DNA of 64,000 nucleotides from Candidatus Micrarchaeota archaeon (GTDB lineage Archaea; Micrarchaeota; Micrarchaeia; Norongarragalinales; SBBD01): NCBI GenBank assembly GCA_018819225.1, contig JAHJQN010000004.1, positions 287,302 to 351,301 of the forward strand, read 5' to 3'. Shown piece by piece: positions 56,003 to 64,000 of this stretch (position 1 is its first letter; each line of letters starts with the position of its first letter). The notes under the pieces were generated by a model. It saw only the letters and a program-made list of their open reading frames with translations, ran no database searches and was not told where the DNA came from. The position numbers and the translations under genes were made by a program.

Positions 56003-57484
56003 CTAGCGAGCTAGAGCAGCGGCACCGTAGAACGCTTCATTCGCAATGAGAGCCCCATGCACGCCTAACTCTGCACCCGCGACTTGACGCGCCACGACTG
56101 GCTCCACATATCCGATCATTCCTTCCCGTAATGCCGCATTCGTCATGAATCGGCCTGGACGACCCATCATCACTTGCAGCGCCTGACGGCGAGCTCCGAT
56201 CAATGAAGATTCAGTTAAAATACGGTCCGCTTGACCGACGGCCATTGGAACTTCAGCCAGTTTTCCAACGCCTTTAAGTAATAAGATTTCTCCAACTAAG
56301 AATCCTGCGCTCGCCATTTGATCCGGGCAAGCCGTTCCTTCACAAACGCGGTAAGTGGAAACGAACGGTTCAGCCAGACCATGACCCAAATCCGAGGCAA
56401 ACCCACTTGGATCCGATACGATGGCTGCCGTTAATTCGAGTCTTGCCATACTTCCGCTCAATGAGCTCGAACCTAAACTGGCCAGATATCCAATTCCGTA
56501 TAGAGTTTGTAATCCTCTTTGTCCTAAGGCATGCAATTTCCCAGGCTGCGACCACATTTCGCCTTGTCGATCAAACCAGCGATCCACTGCACCTGGACCA
56601 TATGACTTCCAAGGCCGCGTGCCTTCATCCACTAACGCGGGATTAAACGTTACCGGGGGAAGCGACAAGTCGGGTTCCGATCGTTGCAATAAATTGACTT
56701 GTTCTTCTCCGTCCATTCCAGTAGGGTCGTTATATCGCAAGGGATTGTTGTTCCCGTACGAATAGGGTGTTGAAGTACCGTCAAACAACGGATCCACGCT
56801 TAGGAAGCGACCGTTTTTGGGATCGTAAAAGCGCGCGCCCATATAGTACAAACCGCTCTTCGAATCCAGTTCTTGACCCGTAAACCGCAATCGAGTCGTG
56901 CCCGAACTTCGCAGATTGTCTCCAAAAGGATAATAATCGTTGTAGCCCCGCATCAGTCCCGCTTCATCCGTTTGCGCCCGGATACTGGAAAGATAGTCGG
57001 TATGGATGAATCGAACCGCGGAAACTTCTCCGCCATATCGGCCGTCACTGCGAGCGACCAAGCGGCTTCCGGCATAATAATATTGATTATGTTTTGGATA
57101 AATGCCTCCGCCTCCTCCATGATCAATATACGCCGCTTCATAAGGCAGTATTCGATCGCACGTGCCGTCATCCGTGACCAACATCGTTGGATCTGGAGAC
57201 GGGGATGGTTCGGGAGTCGGCGTGGATTCCGAAACATTCGAAGCATTCAACGTCTGGTTCGCGCCCGTTTCATTGACCAGCGTATCGTTTACGAAAGTAT
57301 CGTTCAACGTGCCATTGGTTTCATTCACCCACGTGTCGTTTGATGAATTCGTGTCGTTTTTTAATTGGAAGAAATGGTCGGGATTTTCTTGAACGGGTTT
57401 TCCGAAGAGTGAAGCGGAATAGGCGAGCGGAACCAGTAAGGCCAACAAGCAGAACACGACCAATCCCAGAATTTTTGGCTGCAT
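56003..57484 (-). CDS. Signal-peptide protein with Rhs-associated core and C-terminal extension
   Basis: HTDYLSSIR, YYPFG, RFTGQELD..SGLYYMGARFYDP..GRFLSVDP, YSYGNNNPLRYNDPTG. Confidence 0.9.
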   Translation of the reverse strand: MQPKILGLVVFCLLALLVPLAYSASLFGKPVQENPDHFFQLKNDTNSSNDTWVNETNGTLNDTFVNDTLVNETGANQTLNASNVSESTPTPEPSPSPDPTMLVTDDGTCDRILPYEAAYIDHGGGGGIYPKHNQYYYAGSRLVARSDGRYGGEVSAVRFIHTDYLSSIRAQTDEAGLMRGYNDYYPFGDNLRSSGTTRLRFTGQELDSKSGLYYMGARFYDPKNGRFLSVDPLFDGTSTPYSYGNNNPLRYNDPTGMDGEEQVNLLQRSEPDLSLPPVTFNPALVDEGTRPWKSYGPGAVDRWFDRQGEMWSQPGKLHALGQRGLQTLYGIGYLASLGSSSLSGSMARLELTAAIVSDPSGFASDLGHGLAEPFVSTYRVCEGTACPDQMASAGFLVGEILLLKGVGKLAEVPMAVGQADRILTESSLIGARRQALQVMMGRPGRFMTNAALREGMIGYVEPVVARQVAGAELGVHGALIANEAFYGAAALAR

Positions 57485-57495
57485 ATTCAATACCT

Positions 57496-60400
57496 TCAAC
57501 ACGTGATATCGGAAACGGATAACGGCCCGTATTCTTCAATAAGCGTGTTTCCATCATACGCATACAATGTCGCTAGCGTGAGATCGCAAGAACCCGCGGA
57601 TTGACTCGTTTTCTTCACGCGATTGCCGTTTTCATCGTATTCGAACAGCTCGCACGAGCCATCACCATGAACCACTTTCGAAAGACGGCCGTTGTAATCA
57701 TAATTGAAGTTCGTGGATATACTGCCGCACGTCTTGGAAGTTACACTTCCATTCGAGTTATAGGAGTAAGAGCACGAGTCGTCGGTCAACAATCGATTCA
57801 AATGAGAAGGATCGTACGAATAACTGACGCCGTTCTTGCTTTGGCGGTTGCCGGCCAAATCGTAAGTATATGAAAGATCTGCGCCGTAATAATCCTGGTT
57901 ATAACCGCGGTAATTCACGGTATGGCTGTCCACGCCGGTTAACTCGTCCAACGGATTGTAGGTATAGTCAGCTGCTTTTTCCACTCCAACGGCATTCCCG
58001 ACGTAAAGGGAAGCGATGTTTCCTGCGAGATCGTAATCATAGGCCTCCTGGAATACCGGGATCCCGGATTTTTCTACTTGGTTCGTCTCCAATAAATTGC
58101 GCGCGTTGTAGGTCAACGAGGTCGAGACTCCATTCGACATGGTTTCGGATGCGAGCAGTCCGTCCGGAGTATACCCGTAATTGATGGTTTTGTAAGGAGC
58201 GGCCAGCGTCGCGAGATACAAGTTTTGGAACTTGTCGTACTCATTTTTCCAAACGAGTTCTTGATAATCCGGCTCCCATTGGAAAGCGGAGGGATAATGC
58301 GTTTGATTGCGGTGGCCTTGATCGTCATAAACGAACTTGAAAACATAGGTTTTCGTTCTGAGGCCGTTCTCGTTCATGGCGGCGTAGAATGTTTGAGCCT
58401 CCGCATAGGTCACCGAGCCATCCCTATTGAAGTCGAGGAATGGATTGTAGTCGTAATCCGAGGATGAAACCGAATCCGATGGGCCGGTTAACCGAGCCAA
58501 TAACGCGGTTACCAGATTTTGATCCGTCGCTGTAACTGCCCCATCGCCGTCAATGTCCGGACAACCGAAATCGAATTGGAATTGAGCGTTGCGACATTGG
58601 CCGTGGAAGAACATTTTCTTCATCGTGATTTCTGCTCGGGTGGTATACCCATACTCCGTGATCTGCGCGGGAGTATTCGCGAAATGAAGTCTTCCGACCA
58701 ACCAAGTGGGAGAAGAGATATCGGCTTCGTCATACGTATAGTAAATGTCGTTCGCGGTTCCGGGGAAATTTTCAACTAACAATCGATTGATCGCGTCATA
58801 AGTGTACGTCGTCACCTGACCATTGCGGTTGCGCGAAAGGATATTACCCTCCCAATCGCGTTCAAAGAGAATGGTGCCGACATCCGAGCTAATGACTTTG
58901 ATGAGACGGCCAAAGCGGTCGTAGTAATAGGTGATGCCTTCCCCGTTCGGGGAAGTGACTCCTGTTTTCCGACCCAATATATCGTGGGAATAGGTCGTGG
59001 TGGAATCGTAGGAAGAGTCGGCGACGTCTTGAACGCGACCGACTTTGTATTGGTTGCCAAATTTATCAAACGTGATATAGGATACGTTGCCGGAAGGATC
59101 TACGGACAACACCATTCGGTAATCGTTGGCCCCCCCATACGAGTGTTCCGTGCGTTCTGCGCCTTTTCCAATATAACGATCGGATACGGTTAACGTTATC
59201 GAACCCGTTCCGAGATAATGGGTCGTCGTAATCAAATAGTTCCGCCCGCGCACGAACATCACGTAATCGGTTTTATCCGCCGTGCATCTGAACAATACCG
59301 GATCCGTGCTGCTGTCTCCATCGTAAACAAATCCATAGCCAAACCCCGATCCGGACAAATCGCAAGAAACGAGGCGGTAGCCAATGCGGGTCGATGTGAA
59401 AGTGGATTCATCGGAATCCAGAAAACCGGAAGACGTTTCAATCTGCTCGGGCAAGTTTTCGGCGTACGTCCACGAAGGCGTCATGCCCATGGGAACGGTA
59501 TATTGAATGGCTCCAAGAGAATTGTTCTCATACACGGATAAGATACTTCGCGAAGGATCCAATGGAGACGTTTCCAAATGGGATAAGTACTCGCGTTCGG
59601 GCTTGCTCAACGGATTAAACGTGGTTTCCTCCCAAATATTGGGGCCGTTTCCATCCACTAAAACATTTCGAATATTTCGTCCCAAGCCGTCATATTCCGT
59701 CGTCGTATTCGCCCATTTCCTTAAAGAGGATTGCGGGCTGTACTTGATGAGATTGGAGACGTTCGCATAATTCAGATTACTCATTGACAGGGGATTGCCG
59801 GTTTCCCAGAACATGCCGTACCAGAAGATCTTGGTGGAATACCCTGAGGGATTGCCATTGGGTTCAGGGGGAGCATAATACTTGAGCCGGCGCATGTGAT
59901 CATAGGCATAGACCGTGGGCCTCTCGTTAGGATCAATCATTCTTTCCAGCAATCCCGTATCGTAATACCGATATTTGGTCCGGTGGCCCAACGCATTTTC
60001 TTCACACGTGGGCAAATCGAAATGCAAATCCGATGCGTCCACGCTTTCTCCGCACGGATAATCGTTGTCCTTGAACCATATCTTGACGGGATGCTGGTTC
60101 GCATCCTTGTACTGCGTCAAATGCCCGTAATCGTCGTAGGCGTAATGCTCTTTCACTAAATAAGGGAGAATCACGGAGTCGTTGCGCTGCCATTCATATT
60201 GATACCTGGGACGGAAAATGATGCCGGAACCCCAATTGGGCGTTTCATCGGGGTAGTTGCTGTATTTGGCGTAGGTCATGGATGACGTCGACCACTTGTT
60301 GCTTGATGAAATGGAATTCTGGTACGCGTTGGTTTCATAAACCGGCGAGTACAAATGATGGAAGTTGTCGGGCTCGACTTCCAGCATGTCCGGATATTGT

Positions 60401-63372
60401 TCAAACGCAAACGTGGTGGTTTCAATACGGTTCACTCCCGCGGTTCCCGTGGTCGTGGATTGGAACGGGGCTCCGGCCAGCGCACTTTGCTTGTCGTATT
60501 CGTACGTGGTCGTTGATTCCACCCCGTATTCTTTCACGGACTCGGAATCCAGCTTAACCCATTCCGAATAAACGTCTAACAGTCCAGCGGGATTCTCTTC
60601 CTCATACAACGAGTATTCTCTCACGACTTGTTTGCTGGGCGGTAAATCGCTTCCATAATAAATGGTCTTTACTTCCAAACCGCGCATGGAATCATTGTCT
60701 TTCGTTCCGCCGAAACGGCGTTCGGGAGGCACTTCCATGATGTCGCAAATGTGATCGCCATCCACATCCGGACAACACGTATCAATGTTTTCGTCGTGCG
60801 TTTCCTCAAAATATTCCACGTTATCATTATCGACCCAGAACTGGGTATATTCTATAGGACCGTATTGGCCTTCATTCACCCAATCGGATCGCATGCTCCA
60901 ACAATAATCCGTTCCCTCGTATCCGCACTCATATTGCGGTTGGTCTACATGAATATCGCCATAAAGCCCGCAAGGCGTTCCATAGCACCAAAACATCACG
61001 TCCAATTCCGTATTGTCGGGAACCACCCATAACTGAGGACATTCATGTGCTGAAATCATGAGCTTGCCGTCCATGCCCTCGCCCACGCCATATTGTTGTG
61101 AGGAGGACATGCCAAGATTTTTCCCGTCGACTTGAAAAGTGGAATCCGCTTGGACCCCGCCCGTGTTCGGGTAGTCCCAAGCCGTCGTGAAATTATGCGT
61201 AATGTATCCGAACGGTGCTTTTTGATTGACGTCATCAAAACCAGACACTTCGGTTACGTAACCATAGCCCACATACGCCCCGCTTTGAGGAGAACCAAAG
61301 AACAGGCGGTCGTCTTTCACGTGGGAATAAGCGTAAGGCATGGGTTCGTTCGTTGCCACACCGCTGGAAGCGCCGAAAGTACCCGGATTATTATAGCCGT
61401 CCATCTCCGATAAATCGAAACCGTATTGACTGTAAATATATTTGGTAGTGAAACACGAACCCAATCCGTCACAGTTTTTCACGCGCTCAGCCCGAATGCC
61501 GCCTCCATAATGCGTGTCCTGTTCTTCCATGCCCAGAGCGGGAACCGCATTCGGGTACCAGGAATTGAGCTTGGTGTAACGATCGCTTTCATAGAAAAAT
61601 TCCGTAGTGCCACCAGTTGGCCACGCAATATCGGTCAACGACCACGCTTCCGGAATCAAACCCTTCGTCGCTGGATCGGCTCCGTCTAAATTGTAATCGC
61701 CTTCGACGCAATTACCGCAATAATAACCCCAGCGGTCGCGTTTATGCATATTCCAGTCGGGGTTGGCTCCGGATCCATGAACCGCATCATTCGCGTAATC
61801 AAAATCATACGATCCCCACCAATAACCGTTATTGCCATTGTCTCCACGGTAAACCCCAATACTGGTCAAGGTTAGTTTTCCAAAACCGGAATCGGAATCC
61901 GGGGCGCCATACATCAACGACCAATCGTAATAAAATTGGCGTTTCTCCATCAAAACGTCGCCGTTGAATCCCTTGTAGTACAACGCGATTTCCGTCAAGC
62001 GCTTGGGGTGATCGCTGCCCGCATATTCCTTGCTGTCGTGGCGATCATCCGCATAAGAGAAAATAGCATAATGAGTAGGAGTTTCAATGCGTTGAATGTA
62101 TGAATACTTTTTATAAGATTCACTCCATGCTTTTCGTCCATCAGGACCCGTTACGCATTGTGCGGGATCGTAGGGACCCCGGTGATGAAACACGCGGGGA
62201 TCCTCGTCATAAGTAAACGTGATATAACTTCCCCGGCTATCCGATCCATCGCCGTCATACGAAATGATCTGCTTCAACCCGAATTCCGTAGCGTATTTCC
62301 ATTTGAAATCGGTTTTGAGGTATTTTCGAGAATCGTCGTTACAGGAATCGCCGTCATTCGATTCTTGACGGCGAACGAATTCACTTTCGCTGGCGCCCGC
62401 GTCTCCTCCTGTTGAACTTACAAACCATTCCGTGGGCTCGTAAACATATTTCGTGCCATCCGGGCCAATCACATTTAATCGCGTATAGCGCCCCTTATCA
62501 TCCGAAGTGCGTTCAGCATATGAATAGTACGTGTCCCGACAGTTTTGCGCATGCGTATCATCATTTAGGCAATCCGCGTTGTCTTCAATGTTCGTGCTAT
62601 GACCCCCGGCTTTCTGCAAGTGAAGAACGAGATTGTCGTCCGTGTTCTTGGGCTCCAATAGCATGAGCCGGCCGGTCGCATAATCGCCGCTTAAAGTATA
62701 AACATCAGGGGAGTTGTAGTCGTGCCCTTCCTCACCACTAATCCCCATTTCTCGCCAGGAGAATCCATCCAATTTTTTCGCATTATAACTATTTGGGCCG
62801 TTGCCGTTATAATAATCGGGAAATTCAGGGTTATTCATCAAGCCATTCATTCCGGTAGTCGCGGCGGAAGAGGCTAGTGATTTAGCCAACATAGCACCCG
62901 AAACCGGTGGTGCGATCATCATGCCTACCATGCTTAATGCCAAAGAGGCTCCTATCTGAGAACCAAGAGCCTGCGCAGGGTACGGATCCGGGATGGGTTG
63001 TTTGTGACGATTGGCATAATTTTTATCACTGGGACTGGTTACGCAAGATCCACACCAGTCATCCGGAACGCCTACGACGTCACGAGTAATCGAACCGACG
63101 GAGAGTTCCCAGCCCAAGCCCACTGGAGAAGCTTCCTGCCCAACTTGAATCCCGGAATGATACTTTAACAGTATAGGGTAATCCATTCCATTCCTTCCCG
63201 GAATCGTGAGAACGGGAACATCCACGTTTACGTCACCAGTATGCAGATTAACAAAACTGGATTCCGCGTATTGTTGGTACGAAGCGGGCTTCGGTTCCGT
63301 TGCAGCAGACACTAACGGAATCGTGAGCAGTATAGCTGCCGCAAGCGCAATTAATGCGAATTTGCCCCTCAT
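57496..63372 (-). CDS. Large secreted Rhs/YD-repeat shell protein, SpvB-like N-terminus, dockerin-like insert, no core
   Basis: Signal peptide from ATG 63372; VNLHTG..ASPVGLGWELS; many YD repeats. Confidence 0.88.
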   Translation of the reverse strand: MRGKFALIALAAAILLTIPLVSAATEPKPASYQQYAESSFVNLHTGDVNVDVPVLTIPGRNGMDYPILLKYHSGIQVGQEASPVGLGWELSVGSITRDVVGVPDDWCGSCVTSPSDKNYANRHKQPIPDPYPAQALGSQIGASLALSMVGMMIAPPVSGAMLAKSLASSAATTGMNGLMNNPEFPDYYNGNGPNSYNAKKLDGFSWREMGISGEEGHDYNSPDVYTLSGDYATGRLMLLEPKNTDDNLVLHLQKAGGHSTNIEDNADCLNDDTHAQNCRDTYYSYAERTSDDKGRYTRLNVIGPDGTKYVYEPTEWFVSSTGGDAGASESEFVRRQESNDGDSCNDDSRKYLKTDFKWKYATEFGLKQIISYDGDGSDSRGSYITFTYDEDPRVFHHRGPYDPAQCVTGPDGRKAWSESYKKYSYIQRIETPTHYAIFSYADDRHDSKEYAGSDHPKRLTEIALYYKGFNGDVLMEKRQFYYDWSLMYGAPDSDSGFGKLTLTSIGVYRGDNGNNGYWWGSYDFDYANDAVHGSGANPDWNMHKRDRWGYYCGNCVEGDYNLDGADPATKGLIPEAWSLTDIAWPTGGTTEFFYESDRYTKLNSWYPNAVPALGMEEQDTHYGGGIRAERVKNCDGLGSCFTTKYIYSQYGFDLSEMDGYNNPGTFGASSGVATNEPMPYAYSHVKDDRLFFGSPQSGAYVGYGYVTEVSGFDDVNQKAPFGYITHNFTTAWDYPNTGGVQADSTFQVDGKNLGMSSSQQYGVGEGMDGKLMISAHECPQLWVVPDNTELDVMFWCYGTPCGLYGDIHVDQPQYECGYEGTDYCWSMRSDWVNEGQYGPIEYTQFWVDNDNVEYFEETHDENIDTCCPDVDGDHICDIMEVPPERRFGGTKDNDSMRGLEVKTIYYGSDLPPSKQVVREYSLYEEENPAGLLDVYSEWVKLDSESVKEYGVESTTTYEYDKQSALAGAPFQSTTTGTAGVNRIETTTFAFEQYPDMLEVEPDNFHHLYSPVYETNAYQNSISSSNKWSTSSMTYAKYSNYPDETPNWGSGIIFRPRYQYEWQRNDSVILPYLVKEHYAYDDYGHLTQYKDANQHPVKIWFKDNDYPCGESVDASDLHFDLPTCEENALGHRTKYRYYDTGLLERMIDPNERPTVYAYDHMRRLKYYAPPEPNGNPSGYSTKIFWYGMFWETGNPLSMSNLNYANVSNLIKYSPQSSLRKWANTTTEYDGLGRNIRNVLVDGNGPNIWEETTFNPLSKPEREYLSHLETSPLDPSRSILSVYENNSLGAIQYTVPMGMTPSWTYAENLPEQIETSSGFLDSDESTFTSTRIGYRLVSCDLSGSGFGYGFVYDGDSSTDPVLFRCTADKTDYVMFVRGRNYLITTTHYLGTGSITLTVSDRYIGKGAERTEHSYGGANDYRMVLSVDPSGNVSYITFDKFGNQYKVGRVQDVADSSYDSTTTYSHDILGRKTGVTSPNGEGITYYYDRFGRLIKVISSDVGTILFERDWEGNILSRNRNGQVTTYTYDAINRLLVENFPGTANDIYYTYDEADISSPTWLVGRLHFANTPAQITEYGYTTRAEITMKKMFFHGQCRNAQFQFDFGCPDIDGDGAVTATDQNLVTALLARLTGPSDSVSSSDYDYNPFLDFNRDGSVTYAEAQTFYAAMNENGLRTKTYVFKFVYDDQGHRNQTHYPSAFQWEPDYQELVWKNEYDKFQNLYLATLAAPYKTINYGYTPDGLLASETMSNGVSTSLTYNARNLLETNQVEKSGIPVFQEAYDYDLAGNIASLYVGNAVGVEKAADYTYNPLDELTGVDSHTVNYRGYNQDYYGADLSYTYDLAGNRQSKNGVSYSYDPSHLNRLLTDDSCSYSYNSNGSVTSKTCGSISTNFNYDYNGRLSKVVHGDGSCELFEYDENGNRVKKTSQSAGSCDLTLATLYAYDGNTLIEEYGPLSVSDITC

Positions 63373-63484
63373 GGGCAACGTCACTACAAATAAAGAAATA
63401 TAAACGTTTGCTCGCGTTCGATTACCCGTTTCCTCCATATTTTTCATTCGAATCGAGAAGAGCTACGAATGGACCACGTAATAA

Positions 63485-64000
63485 TTATTGAGCGGACCGC
63501 TCACTAGGAAAACGTCCCACGTCGTTCCATGAAGTAGATTCTGCACTCGATGAGGGCGCGTTATCCGATCCAATATTTCCTGCACCCGGCGGCAAAGAAA
63601 TGACGTTGCCGGAATCACTCGGAGGCTTCTTGCGCGACGTCGACGAATAGTAAACGGAAACAACAATAATAATCAACAACCCCCCAAGCGCGTACCACCA
63701 CGTAAACGAAGCCTTCGAAGAACGCGCCTTTAACACCAATTCCCTCAGACGCTCTCGAGCCCGATCCATCAACGAAACCGCTTTTTCATCATCTCCCGCA
63801 TCACTCGCCTCCAACGCATCCAGCATCAACTGCTCAACTTCCCGCGTATCCTCACCCGACTCATACATCTCCGTCAACTGCTCCTGCACCTCCGGTTCGA
63901 AACCCTGCCAGTCAACAGTCGGCGAAGGCGTATCCGTACCCGTGCCCGAAGTAGGAGTCGGCGCCGTCGTCGGAGTAGACGTGCCCGTTGTTCCACCCGT
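63485..64000 (-). CDS. C-terminal part of a membrane-anchored protein with P/T-rich linker (runs off window)
   Basis: Open frame with PT repeats, helical segment and TM. Confidence 0.6.
   Translation of the reverse strand, partial: TGGTTGTSTPTTAPTPTSGTGTDTPSPTVDWQGFEPEVQEQLTEMYESGEDTREVEQLMLDALEASDAGDDEKAVSLMDRARERLRELVLKARSSKASFTWWYALGGLLIIIVVSVYYSSTSRKKPPSDSGNVISLPPGAGNIGSDNAPSSSAESTSWNDVGRFPSERSAQ

Noticed and set aside
57484-57502. Frameshift pseudogene explanation for the Rhs split
   Set aside because: The second gene has an intact signal peptide and linker that a simple frameshift would not create; not fully excluded without reads

Overview
Archaeal chromosomal window. eS19, Rpp21, eL40, aIF-1A, aIF-2beta, topo VI, NurA, Lhr, BHB-type tRNA introns and GGTGG-type Shine-Dalgarno sites all point to an archaeon. 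Gene style suggests a DPANN/Micrarchaeota-like lineage (inference). It holds housekeeping genes, six tRNA genes (five with introns, two introns at non-canonical T-arm sites), an SRP RNA that appears to lack helix 6, and bacterial-type purH, glnA and nrdR-nrdJ with a likely B12-scavenging module. Most notable: (1) two back-to-back arrays of 0.6-2.2 kb integrase-free gene cassettes (mostly RelE-type toxin-antitoxin pairs and a Fic gene) behind tRNA-Leu(UAA) and tRNA-Thr(GGU), each cassette closed by a ~45-bp hairpin-plus-tRNA-3'-end repeat; (2) a eukaryote-like ubiquitin module (Ubl-GG, E2, JAMM, RING-like protein) next to nurA, with a recurrent (K/R)PR(V/I)V motif; (3) an Rhs protein split at the shell/core junction into two separately signal-peptide-bearing genes. 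All product calls come from motif recognition by eye; no database searches were run.
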